This document shows, piece by piece, positions 52,901 through 64,000 of a stretch of DNA of 64,000 bases. A model generated the notes under the pieces. That model did no database searches, was not told the DNA's origin, and saw nothing but the letters and a program-made list of their open reading frames with translations. The position numbers and the translations under genes are program-made. The stretch lies in assembly GCF_000485595.1 (NCBI RefSeq), contig NW_014577074.1, positions 801,902 through 865,901 of the forward strand, written 5' to 3'. Every line of letters starts with the position of its first letter. Position 1 is the stretch's first letter. This DNA is from Priapulus caudatus (lineage: Eukaryota).

Positions 52901-54466
52901 GCGCCGAGGTCATAGACGTGCGAGCAAATGTCCCGGTGCACCTATAATCTGATATGACACGCCCAACAGGCGTCGAGAGCTAATAAAGATAGTGGCCGCG
53001 GCTATTGGTGACTAAGGAGCGAGCCCCGCGGGAGGCGAAGCGACCCGCAACTAGGGGCTGTCCTGGCGGGCATGCGCCCTCTCCCGCGTGAAATTCTTTG
53101 AAATCTACAAGGTAAATGGTGGGCTGCTGGTGCAATTCTGAGCATTGTTGAATTTCGCAGGCAAAAAAGTGTGTTCAGCAGCTAGCACACGTAATTTAGA
53201 AAAATACTATGATGATTTGAAAGATTTGTTGCTTTAAGCATAGAATTAAAAATATTCAATAATGACCAATAAACTATCCAAATTTATTTGTTCTCACTTT
53301 AAGCAAGTGGAAAATAATATTTGGTAAAGACTTTCGCTGAAATAGTTCCGAGTAGTACGGGGGAGCAGAGGAATGTGTGCGCAGAGTTCTGCGATCATAA
53401 AATTTTATAGGCCAAGGTTGACGCTGCCAGGTCGTGTAGCCAGGAATTTGACCGCAGGGGGGGGGGGGGTTTTCTAAAAACGCGTAATACATACCATGCG
53501 AGGCGCAGCCAGCGAGGAGGGGTCTGGGGGGCCCTCGCCCATAGAAAATTTTTGAATTAGACCGCGGCCTCAGATGCGTTTTTCTTGCGCAGAGCAGGGG
53601 GGGATTCGCTCCCCTGGAAGCCGTCGCGCGCGCCTGTACACGCCGCTTGACCTGACCTGCATCTGACCCTGGTCTCCGCTTATAGGGGCCTAGATTACAG
53701 CGTATATACATGATTATATGTACCGGCCCAAAAGACGGTATAATCTCAATTTGAACGAATTTTGGTTACGGCGAACATTTATGGCCGTGAAACAAAAGGT
53801 GCCAAGGCGGGGGTCGCGCCGCGGCCTGCACCGGCGGCCAGTTCCGACGGCCCTTGACACCCCGAGCCTGCCGGTGTAGCGGCGGTCATACGCGCCGGGT
53901 TCTCGGGTAAGCTGTCACACCACACGGCAGGGATTTTATTTGGACGCGCCGGTAGGGATGTAGACATTGGACATTTCTTAGTAACGCAGACAGTGATCCT
54001 TGGAACAAAAACCCTAATACGCGTTGTTGGCTATAAGCGTATATGTACTTGGGTATTAACATACACCAAGGTGCCAGTTACCTGTGGCAATATCGGTTAA
54101 AATTACCAAATCGGAATCATGGTCGTCTATGCCTTTAAGATGAAGGGGGGTTCAAGTGGCGTTGTCGTCTGACAGGTAGCTACAGATGTGTACCGAGGTA
54201 GCGTATATGTTATATCCACAAGTGTACCCGCAGACGCCTGTTTATCCTTGTACGGAGCCAGATTTATGCAGATATGTAGCAGGACTGATGTTTCGCATGA
54301 TAAACCGTACCTGCCCCTGAGTTATGGAGATCAAATGAAGACCGGTCATGGAGGAGGGAGTAGAGCAGGCAGGAGGAGGAGGAGGGAGAATGGGAAAGGT
54401 GATGGAGTAGGGGAGAAGGAGCAGAAGGCAGGAAGGATGAAGGAGGGAGGAGGTGATGGCAGCCAC
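49965..54466 (+). repeat. Segment duplicated at 56075-60421
   Basis: First part is a noisy copy; ~52530-54466 appears essentially identical to ~58485-60421 (identical ORF translations, offset 5955); both copies end at a gap. Confidence 0.92.
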
Positions 54467-54634
54467 NNNNNNNNNNNNNNNNNNNNNNNNNATTTCTTAG
54501 TAACCAGCAGTGATATTGGACAAACTAATACGCGTTTGGCTATAAGGTAATGTACTTATTAACTACACAAGGTGCCAGTTACTGTAGCATTCGTTAAAAT
54601 TGCATAATCAATGGTCGTCTTATGCCTTTAAGCT

Positions 54635-56071
54635 GAAGGGGTCGTTGTCGTATCAGGTACTACAGATGTGTACCCGAGGTACGTATATGTATACACAAGT
54701 GTACCAGACCTGTATCTTGTACCCAGATTATGCAGATATGTACCCTGTGTTTACATGATAAACGTACCTGCCCCTGAGATGGAGATCAAATGAAGACGAT
54801 CATGGAGGAGGAGTAGGAGGCAGGAGGAGGAGGAGGAAGGAAGAATGTGTTGGAGTAGGGGGAGGAGGAGGAGTAGGAGGCAGGAGGAGGAGGAGGAGAA
54901 TGGGAAAAGGTGATGGAGTAGGGGGAGAAGGAGGAGGAGGAGGAGGAGGAGGTGATGGCGATTGAATGAAGAAGGTCATGGAGGAGGAGTAGGGGCAGGA
55001 GGAGGAGGAGGAGGAGCGGAGAAGGTGATGGAGATCGAATGAAGGTCATGGAGGAGGAGTAGGGGCAGGAGGAGGAGGAGGAGGAGCGGAGAAGGTGATG
55101 GAGATCGAATGAAGGTCATGGAGGAGGAGTAGGGGCAGGAGGAGGAGGAGGAGGAGGAGGGGAGAAGGTGATGGAGTAGGGGGGAGAGGAGGAGGAGGGG
55201 AGAAGGTGATGGAGTAGGGGGAGGAGGAGGAGCAGAGAAGGTGATGGAGATAGAATGAAGACGGTCATGGAGGAGGAGTAGGGGCAGGAGGAGGAGGAGG
55301 AGGAGGAGGGGAGAAGGTGATGGAGTAGGTGGAGGAGGGTAGAAGGTGATGGAGTAGGGGGAGGAGGAGGAGGAGGAGGAGGAGGAAGAGGAGGAGGAGG
55401 AGGGGAGAAGGTGATGGAGTAGGGGGAGGAGGAGGAGGAGCGGAGAAGGTGATGGAGATCGAATGAAGACGGTCATGGAGGAGTAGGAGGCAGGAGGAGG
55501 AGGAGGGGAGAAGGTGATGGAGTAGGTGGAGGAGGAGGAGGAGCGGAGAAGGTGATGGAGATCGAATGAAGACGGTCATGGAGGAGGAGTAGGGGGCAGG
55601 AGGAGGAAGACTCCTCCTCCATCACCTTTTCCCCTCCTCCTCCTCCCCTCCTCCCTGTACTCCATCACCTTCTCTCCTCCTCCTCCTCCTGCCCCCTCCT
55701 CCTCCATGACCGTCTTCATTCGATCTCCATCACTTTCTCCGCTCCTCCCCTCCTCCTCCCCGTACTCCATCACCTCCTCCCCATCCTCCTCCTCCGCCTC
55801 CCCCTACTCCATCACTTTCTCCCCTCCTCCTCCTCCTCCTCCTGCCCCCTACTACTCCATGACCGTCTTCATTTGATCTCCATCACCTTCTCCGCTCCTC
55901 CTCCTCTCCTCCTCCACTTCCTCCTCCCCCTACTCCATCACCTCTTCCTCTCCTCCTCCTCCTCTTCCCCTACTCCATCACCTTCTCCCCTCTTCCTCCT
56001 CCTATTGCCCCCTACTCCTCCTCCATGGCCGTCTTCATTCGATCTCCATCACCTTCTTTGCTCCTCCTCCT
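54635..56071. mobile_element. Foldback-type element: ~140-bp unique TIR plus GGA-rich minisatellite arms in inverted orientation
   Basis: Left end GAAGGGGTCGTTGTCGTATCAGGTACTACA; GGA-rich units to ~55610, then TCC-rich reverse-complement units; matching right end at 60771-61005. Confidence 0.65.
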
Positions 56072-58059
56072 CCAGGCAATGTGCGCCGGGCTTAAGGCTG
56101 TACTAGTCCTACAAATCAACTGTAACAGACGAAGCAAATAGAAATAGTAAAGAAATACCTTCTCAGTAATGGTAAAGAACCGGTACAAGACAAATCCTCA
56201 TAGAAACAAATAAATTTGACCCTGACACCTCCACGGATAGATTGTGGTTTGTATGAGCTATTCAACCTAATAGTAATCTAGTGATAAGTAAGAGGAAGAA
56301 ATCCCATTGGAGCAAAGGATACATAACTAAACTTCTAAAGGTTGGAGAATCATGGCTTTACAACGGTTATAGGAAATTAGTACTTACCTTCGCCCGAAAG
56401 GATCATAAACAGTGTTATGCTTGAAAGAGTTCTGCTTGACAGAGTTAAGACAATAGTGTAGCCAAAATGAGACACCAACAAGCAAGCTTCAGCCAAGATC
56501 AATCTGGCACAGACTAAATATATGCCCCAACTCAGTAGAGCAACCATCGAATAGAATTCAGCCTTGTATGGCAACTTTGTGGATTTTGAACATTTGATAT
56601 TTTAGAGAGAGATACGGAGCATAGACATAACTATAGTACATACAGTAATGTAACTCAAACAGGGAGTAGGGGAGTAACCATCTACTGGGTTACCTTATAA
56701 GGTGTTGACTGTGGGTAATAGGGCATGGACTGAGCGTGGGTTAGGCATCGTCTTTGAGCATGGGCGTGTCGCTGTAAATGATTGGCCTAGGGGATGTTTT
56801 GCTGTTGTCTTCAACACAGGCACTTTATATCACAAGTTGCTTCAGTTGACACGTCACACCATTTACAATTTTAGATACTATACTATGCCAATGTTAGTGA
56901 TCCAGCCTTGAATACAAGAGGCTCGAGTTAAAATTTTGCAAATTAATGTAAACAAGTTTCAGGTGCCCCTAGGCAAGGCACTCCTAATGCACCAGACCAG
57001 CTACGATAATACCCTGCAGGGAAGTGACGTAGTGGTCGTGTACTCGCTGTACAGAGAAATGATCAGAAGGTTTATAGCACTTGTAATCAGATTACCCTGC
57101 CCTTGTGAGTGTCATCAGTCAAATAGTATATTGTTTATAATTGATTTTGGTTTCAACCAGAGTTATGGGTGCCCTGCATAATTTATGCGTAGATTTTTAT
57201 TGACTGATCATTCACTGGCTTTGCACAAACATTTCAATGACCGTTTGATAATGTATGTACAGTACTCGTTCTTATGTTACTGTACGGTCTCTGTGCTAAG
57301 ATACCTTTACTCAAGTCGGTTGCATTAGGAATGTAATATATTATCAAGAGTACATAATAGAGATTATGTACTATGTGACTTATGTGACTATGTGACTATG
57401 TACTTATATGTAAGTACTCTTGATATTATGTAACATGGTGTTGACACAGGGAGGGTGGAAACCACATAACAGCCCGAGTGTAATTCACTAAATGTCACGC
57501 ACGGCATATGTATTATCAGGAGTTAATAAAGACAAATTCGTCTTTATGAACTCCTGGTATTATCTGTATGCAATATCTTCATGCATTTATCGGTATAATC
57601 ATCTGTATGCATCATATGCATGCATTCATCTGTATGCATCTCTATATGTTAGATATGTCATCATATGACTGTGATTTAAGAAAAGTCGAGCTATATATTT
57701 TTTGTGGCAGTATTAAAAACTACCTAAATGTGATGCAAGAAAATGATAATCTATTAATTTGTACCACTATCCGTAACACGGAGCGTATGTGTCAAATTTG
57801 GTGTCTGTATATATGCACTGACTGAGCGATAAAGCTGGTTTATTTGTTAATCGTGGGTCAATGCGCAATAATATCAGGAGTGTATCAATTTTGATACACT
57901 CCTGATAATATGAGGAAGTAAATTTGGTAGTTAGTTTGTAACCTATTAGAATGCTTCATTAAATAACGCGTGCGTGTAACTATAGCTGGTAAATCGGAGA
58001 CGTATCTTTTACGGGATTTAGATCTTTCTATAGCTCTTTAGTTGTAGAATACTGGCGCT

Positions 58060-58298
58060 GAAGGGGTCGTTGTCGTATCAGGTACTACATATATGTATAC
58101 ACAAAGTGTACCAGACTTGTACTATGTGGAAGTGTGCCCTAACCCTAACCCTAACCCTAACCCTAACCCTAACCCTAACCCTAACCCTAAACATACCTCA
58201 TATAAAAATATAAACATAATACTACACAAGTAACACAACCTAAAACTACCTCGGGTACATAAATATGATTGTAGTACCTGATACGACAACGACCCTTC
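58060..58298. mobile_element. MITE carrying a (CCCTAA)9 telomere-like tract
   Basis: GAAGGGGTCGTTGTCGTATCAGGTACTACA ... TGTAGTACCTGATACGACAACGACCCTTC; tract at 58137-58190; noisy copy at 52074-52327. Confidence 0.8.
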
Positions 58299-58390
58299 GT
58301 GCAATACTGGTCATATGTTTACACGATAACGGTATAGAACGTTACTTCCTTGGTTCCTTTCATTGTGTATTCTACCGGCAGTACAGTTAA

Positions 58391-60089
58391 AGGCATAATA
58401 TTTCCATCGATTATGCAAAGTTGACGAATGCTACAGTAACTGGCACCTTGTGTAGTTAATAAGTACATTACCTTATAGCCAAAAAACGCGTATTAGTTTG
58501 TCCAATATTACACTAGCTAATGTTACCTAACGCAAATGTCTCATTGAACATCCGGTAAATCTCCGAGTAATGCTGGCGGCCACACGCTATTTATTGCAAC
58601 AAAATAAGGCATCGATCTTCGGGTTCGCGTGACCTCACATGTTGGCTACAAGGATGTTGAGCGAATCGAATTGGTTTGTCCGGGTAATTGTTTGGGCCTA
58701 GTGAGGCATATCGCTTTTTCACATATTAATATGTTGGGCTTTGTAATCTCAAGACCTTCGTATATTCAGTTTATTCCCGCCGAATCCCAAAGAGTAATAA
58801 CTAACGTACGGAATGCGGCACTCAGACCACAAAGGATCGAAATCGCCACTAGACGGCGCCGAGGTCATAGACGTGCGAGCAAATGTCCCGGTGCACCTAT
58901 AATCTGATATGACACGCCCAACAGGCGTCGAGAGCTAATAAAGATAGTGGCCGCGGCTATTGGTGACTAAGGAGCGAGCCCCGCGGGAGGCGAAGCGACC
59001 CGCAACTAGGGGCTGTCCTGGCGGGCATGCGCCCTCTCCCGCGTGAAATTCTTTGAAATCTACAAGGTAAATGGTGGGCTGCTGGTGCAATTCTGAGCAT
59101 TGTTGAATTTCGCAGGCAAAAAAGTGTGTTCAGCAGCTAGCACACGTAATTTAGAAAAATACTATGATGATTTGAAAGATTTGTTGCTTTAAGCATAGAA
59201 TTAAAAATATTCAATAATGACCAATAAACTATCCAAATTTATTTGTTCTCACTTTAAGCAAGTGGAAAATAATATTTGGTAAAGACTTTCGCTGAAATAG
59301 TTCCGAGTAGTACGGGGGAGCAGAGGAATGTGTGCGCAGAGTTCTGCGATCATAAAATTTTATAGGCCAAGGTTGACGCTGCCAGGTCGTGTAGCCAGGA
59401 ATTTGACCGCAGGGGGGGGGGGGGTTTTCTAAAAACGCGTAATACATACCATGCGAGGCGCAGCCAGCGAGGAGGGGTCTGGGGGGCCCTCGCCCATAGA
59501 AAATTTTTGAATTAGACCGCGGCCTCAGATGCGTTTTTCTTGCGCAGAGCAGGGGGGGATTCGCTCCCCTGGAAGCCGTCGCGCGCGCCTGTACACGCCG
59601 CTTGACCTGACCTGCATCTGACCCTGGTCTCCGCTTATAGGGGCCTAGATTACAGCGTATATACATGATTATATGTACCGGCCCAAAAGACGGTATAATC
59701 TCAATTTGAACGAATTTTGGTTACGGCGAACATTTATGGCCGTGAAACAAAAGGTGCCAAGGCGGGGGTCGCGCCGCGGCCTGCACCGGCGGCCAGTTCC
59801 GACGGCCCTTGACACCCCGAGCCTGCCGGTGTAGCGGCGGTCATACGCGCCGGGTTCTCGGGTAAGCTGTCACACCACACGGCAGGGATTTTATTTGGAC
59901 GCGCCGGTAGGGATGTAGACATTGGACATTTCTTAGTAACGCAGACAGTGATCCTTGGAACAAAAACCCTAATACGCGTTGTTGGCTATAAGCGTATATG
60001 TACTTGGGTATTAACATACACCAAGGTGCCAGTTACCTGTGGCAATATCGGTTAAAATTACCAAATCGGAATCATGGTCGTCTATGCCT
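58391..60089. mobile_element. Kolobok-like non-autonomous transposon (~1.7 kb), TTAA target site
   Basis: TTAA|AGGCATAA ... TATGCCT|TTAA, ~140-bp TIRs, GC-rich MITE-like fragments inside; duplicate at ~52430-54135. Confidence 0.65.
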
Positions 60090-60770
60090 TTAAGATGAAG
60101 GGGGGTTCAAGTGGCGTTGTCGTCTGACAGGTAGCTACAGATGTGTACCGAGGTAGCGTATATGTTATATCCACAAGTGTACCCGCAGACGCCTGTTTAT
60201 CCTTGTACGGAGCCAGATTTATGCAGATATGTAGCAGGACTGATGTTTCGCATGATAAACCGTACCTGCCCCTGAGTTATGGAGATCAAATGAAGACCGG
60301 TCATGGAGGAGGGAGTAGAGCAGGCAGGAGGAGGAGGAGGGAGAATGGGAAAGGTGATGGAGTAGGGGAGAAGGAGCAGAAGGCAGGAAGGATGAAGGAG
60401 GGAGGAGGTGATGGCAGCCACNNNNNNNNNNNNNNNNNNNNNNNNNNNNNNNNNNNNNNNNNNNNNNNNNNNNNNNNNNNNNNNNNNNNNNNNNNNNNNN
60501 NNNNNNNNNNNNNNNNNNNNNNNNNNNNNNNNNNNNNNNNNNNNNNNNNNNNNNNNNNNNNNNNNNNNNNNNNNNNNNNNNNNNNNNNNNNNNNNNNNNN
60601 NNNNNNNNNNNNNNNNNNNNNNNNNNNNNNNNNNNNNNNNNNNNNNNNNNNNNNNNNNNNNNNNNNNNNNNNNNNNNNNNNNNNNNNNNNNNNNNNNNNN
60701 NNNNNNNNNNNNNNNNNNNNNNNNNNNNNNNNNNNNNNNNNNNNNNNNNNNNNNNNNNNNNNNNNNNNNN

Positions 60771-61005
60771 NCCTCCCCCTACTCTATCACCTTCTCCCCT
60801 CCTCCTTCTCCTCCTCCTCCTCCTCCTCCTGCCCCCTACTCCTCCTCCATGACCGTCTTCATTCGATCTCCATCTCAGGGGCAGGTACGTTTATGTAAAC
60901 ACAGGGTACATATCTGGGTACAAGATACAGGTCTGGTACACTTGTGTATACATATACGTACCTCGGGTACATATCTGTAGTACCTGATACAACAACGACC
61001 CCTTC
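60771..61005. mobile_element. Right end of the GGA-minisatellite foldback element
   Basis: Reverse complement of 54635-54830, ending GATACAACAACGACCCTTC. Confidence 0.7.
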
Positions 61006-64000
61006 ATCTACAGTTACACCTGTTACCCCCTATACGTGTACAGTGTGCTTGTGTGTATGTACATGTCATCAACATATTTTAAGAGCTCTTTCTCTGCCTC
61101 ATATAGCCTCTCCTTTAGTTTATGGTTCTACAGAATTACTGCTGATACTGATTCTTTCCTTCGCTCGTTTTCCTGTTTCTCGAGGGGAGTGACACTGCGA
61201 GTAATTTTGACATGGACATATATTTATACTATACTATATTCTCTATAATTATATCAGGAGTAAGATAATATAGAATATTCCTATATTATCTTACTCCTGA
61301 TTATATGCATATAGTATTCCTACTAATAGCTGGCCTGTTGGTCTAAATATCAAGTGGACAAAGTGCTTAATTAAGGATATATACATCGATAGCCTATTAC
61401 TATTTGCTAATGGCTTATCAAATACGTTAAATGGGCTATGAGAATAAATATAATCAAGACCATATATATAACCCCGAGGTTAAATGTGAACGTCTTTAGC
61501 AAATTGCACAGAGTAATGGTAACTCGGGTACACATTAGCAGTGTATGTACTGGTAACGTTCAGTATGATATATAGTCCAGCTGATGGACTCACCATGTTT
61601 AGCCCATTATGTAGCAGTTCGTGTGTGTAATTATAGCTTTGCTCACACCCTCAGCAGGCAGTGATGTATGTGCGGAGCTACACGTATACGCATGCATATA
61701 GTCTTGATATAGTCATAGTGCATGTCACTGTGCGCATGGCACTTTACTACTCAGCCGCTGGCACACAGAAGGATGTCCAGCAGGTGTTATTATGTTTGCT
61801 GGCAGGTGTTAGGGCATTTCGCTCACCTGCAGCAGCTGTGTACAGTTGGGTTGCTGCAAGTTTTAATTATTAGCATTGCAGGGGGTGTATGTATGAATTC
61901 CTCGTGCAGTTCGTCTGCCGCTTCATGAGGATTTATAATTCATGCTGACACATGCGTTTATATTATAATCAGCCGAAGCAGCTTTTTGTCGATCTTTTCT
62001 TGCCAGAATATTGATTCATATCATTGTTCTCCTAGGGTAAGAGGACTGTACCAAAAACATTTTCAAGTAAGAATATAGTAGAGTACGTCTGCTAGTATGC
62101 CGCGTCTAGTGTAGCGACGTTGGGGTTAAAACGCTACGCGCAAATTGCTAGGCATTTTCGCGTACGTGTAGCGTACAGCAATACACACGTATTGTAGTCT
62201 CGACGTTCGCGTATAGTTCCGTAGTATAATTGCTAAAGAGTGAGCACTTTGATCTTTGTGTTGGTAAGTTGGGGAACCCCTGGCTTTCTGCTACCCGCTC
62301 TGCTAGCATAATAGCTATAGAGCAGTGGGTAGCGATACATATCTATGCAAGACTGGTTTGTGTAATTACCATTCCCGTGTGTATTGTGGAAATATTAACA
62401 TTTGGGAAGATTCTGGAGGTGACTGATGTTTTTCCAGCATTGTATCAGGAGCCTGATTGTATGTGATCGTAGCTTGTGTATCATTCTCTCGCGTACAATG
62501 GAGTACAGTGCTCCACGAGTGCCATATGCAGTGGATGCGTGCACCTCGCTGTCAACTGAATGTTGAGCCGAGTAATTTCTATTGTCGGCCCAGGAATCGC
62601 CGTGCTTGCGGATTATAATTTTTTTAATCATCTTTATTTCAATTTCATGAAATCAAGATTACGTGATCAAGGTCATTGGTGGCAATTGCGATCAATATCC
62701 CGAGAAAAAAATCACCATTTAAATGTTTAATGTTGATGGGTCAGTGTAAACATATACTCGGTTAAAATATTGTGTTTGAAAGTCAATTGGAATTTGATAG
62801 AATTGCATGAATTGAATTTTTAGCTATTGCCAATTTGCCTGCAATTCCCAGTCTTTTATGCACTAGCCAAATGGTTACATTTTGAGACTCAGTGGGGAAA
62901 ATTTTTAATATGTTTAATCAGGAGTCTATCAATAGAAGACACACTTGGTAGATATCAAAAACTACCATTTCCTAATCAAAATTCCAAACATGTCCAAATT
63001 CAAATAAATATTAAAGTGCATTTAAATGCCTAGATTCTTGTACTTCATGTATTCAATGAAATGTTATTATGACAGACAGCCAAAGACAGGTTGCTATGGG
63101 CAGAATCGAATAGAACTGGGTGTGGTGGGCAGAATAAGTTAACAGGAACTAAAAGCTGTCCTAATGGCGATACGCAACAAACGTTTTAATGTCTATTTTC
63201 GCTTTAGGCCCGAAGGGATAGTGTGCCTGGTTTCCTGCCTTGCGTTGACCTTGCTATCGCACGGTCGATGAGCTGTGAATAGATCGTTTAGTTTATGCTA
63301 GACCGGTCGTAGGTAAATGTTCCTTTCAGTATGCCATGTATACTGGACATTTGCCAAATGTTGCTGTTTTGCCTTGTGTTTACCTTTGTTGTTCTTTCGC
63401 CGCATTTGTTTACTCGTATTAAACGTAGGAATTTACAGCCACCTTGGCATAATGGTTTCCACCGTCCGCTGTTGCTTCTGGGGAAAATTCCTTGTTAATT
63501 AAAATTTTTAGTTAGTACCGGGTGGCAAATAGACGTTCCACAGGACCAGCTCAATAACTAGCTCCAAGAAATTGCCTCGTCTTTACTCTCTTACATGGCA
63601 GATGTATTGAGACGTTCGGTGCCAGACCATAGTCCGGCTGGCAACTGAATGGCATGAGCGAAATGGAAACCACTTGTCCAAACAATGACGTTTCAGATGC
63701 TGTTTTAGTTGAACATAAGATCTCGAATTCTTTGCTGTTATAGGCTGTGGTGGCACGTTGCCAGTAGGCACTGTTTATGTAAGGGTACAATGTATATCGT
63801 CAATCCGGCTTTATTATGACTGAAATCATAACTCCAAAAGTGTTAATCAGAAGAAGAACAAAGGATGACGAATTTTACATATTTCCCATTCAGACTGACT
63901 TTTATAACGACCCGTTTTCTAGGTCCTATTGGTTTTTATTTATAGACGTGTTGCTCTAGAACCGAGTAGCCTTTGTTCGGTATTTTTTCATTATACACCG

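Noticed and set aside
53274..53711. 145-aa ORF present twice as a possible transposase
   Set aside because: No recognisable motifs, composed of GC-rich MITE fragments, and its identity arises from the duplicated segment.
54786..56106. Pro/Ser/Leu-rich ORFs
   Set aside because: Translations of the GGA/TCC minisatellite.
58137..58190. Telomere or chromosome-fusion scar
   Set aside because: Short tract enclosed by MITE TIRs.

Overview
Intron-rich, AT-rich animal (invertebrate-like) nuclear DNA from a draft scaffold with five N-gaps. Three of these are exactly 25 N and adjoin indel-rich sequence that looks like uncorrected long-read gap fill. Genes supported by hand-splicing GT-AG exons: (1) the first coding exon of a diacylglycerol kinase theta-like gene (minus strand, C1 domain), present twice because ~5-25 kb appears to hold falsely duplicated or allelic copies; (2) a 20-exon kinesin-3 gene of KIF28/KLP-6 type (minus, 25820-37111, first exon not found) ending in a CaaX motif (CIVQ*); (3) a complete phosducin-like 3 gene (plus, 41206-45668); (4) the probable first exon of an EF-hand protein (plus, 47843-47908). 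The rest is dense in non-autonomous DNA transposons (PIF/Harbinger-, Tc1/pogo-, Kolobok-, hAT- and Helentron-like), tRNA-derived SINEs, microsatellites and palindromes; 49965-54466 is duplicated at 56075-60421. I see no convincing novel multi-gene system. The most notable signals are the putatively prenylated kinesin, a filled/empty TE site pair, a TIR family with interchangeable repeat cargo, tiny palindromes with shared ends, and an intron built from duplicated splice junctions. Family assignments come from motif recognition, not database searches.
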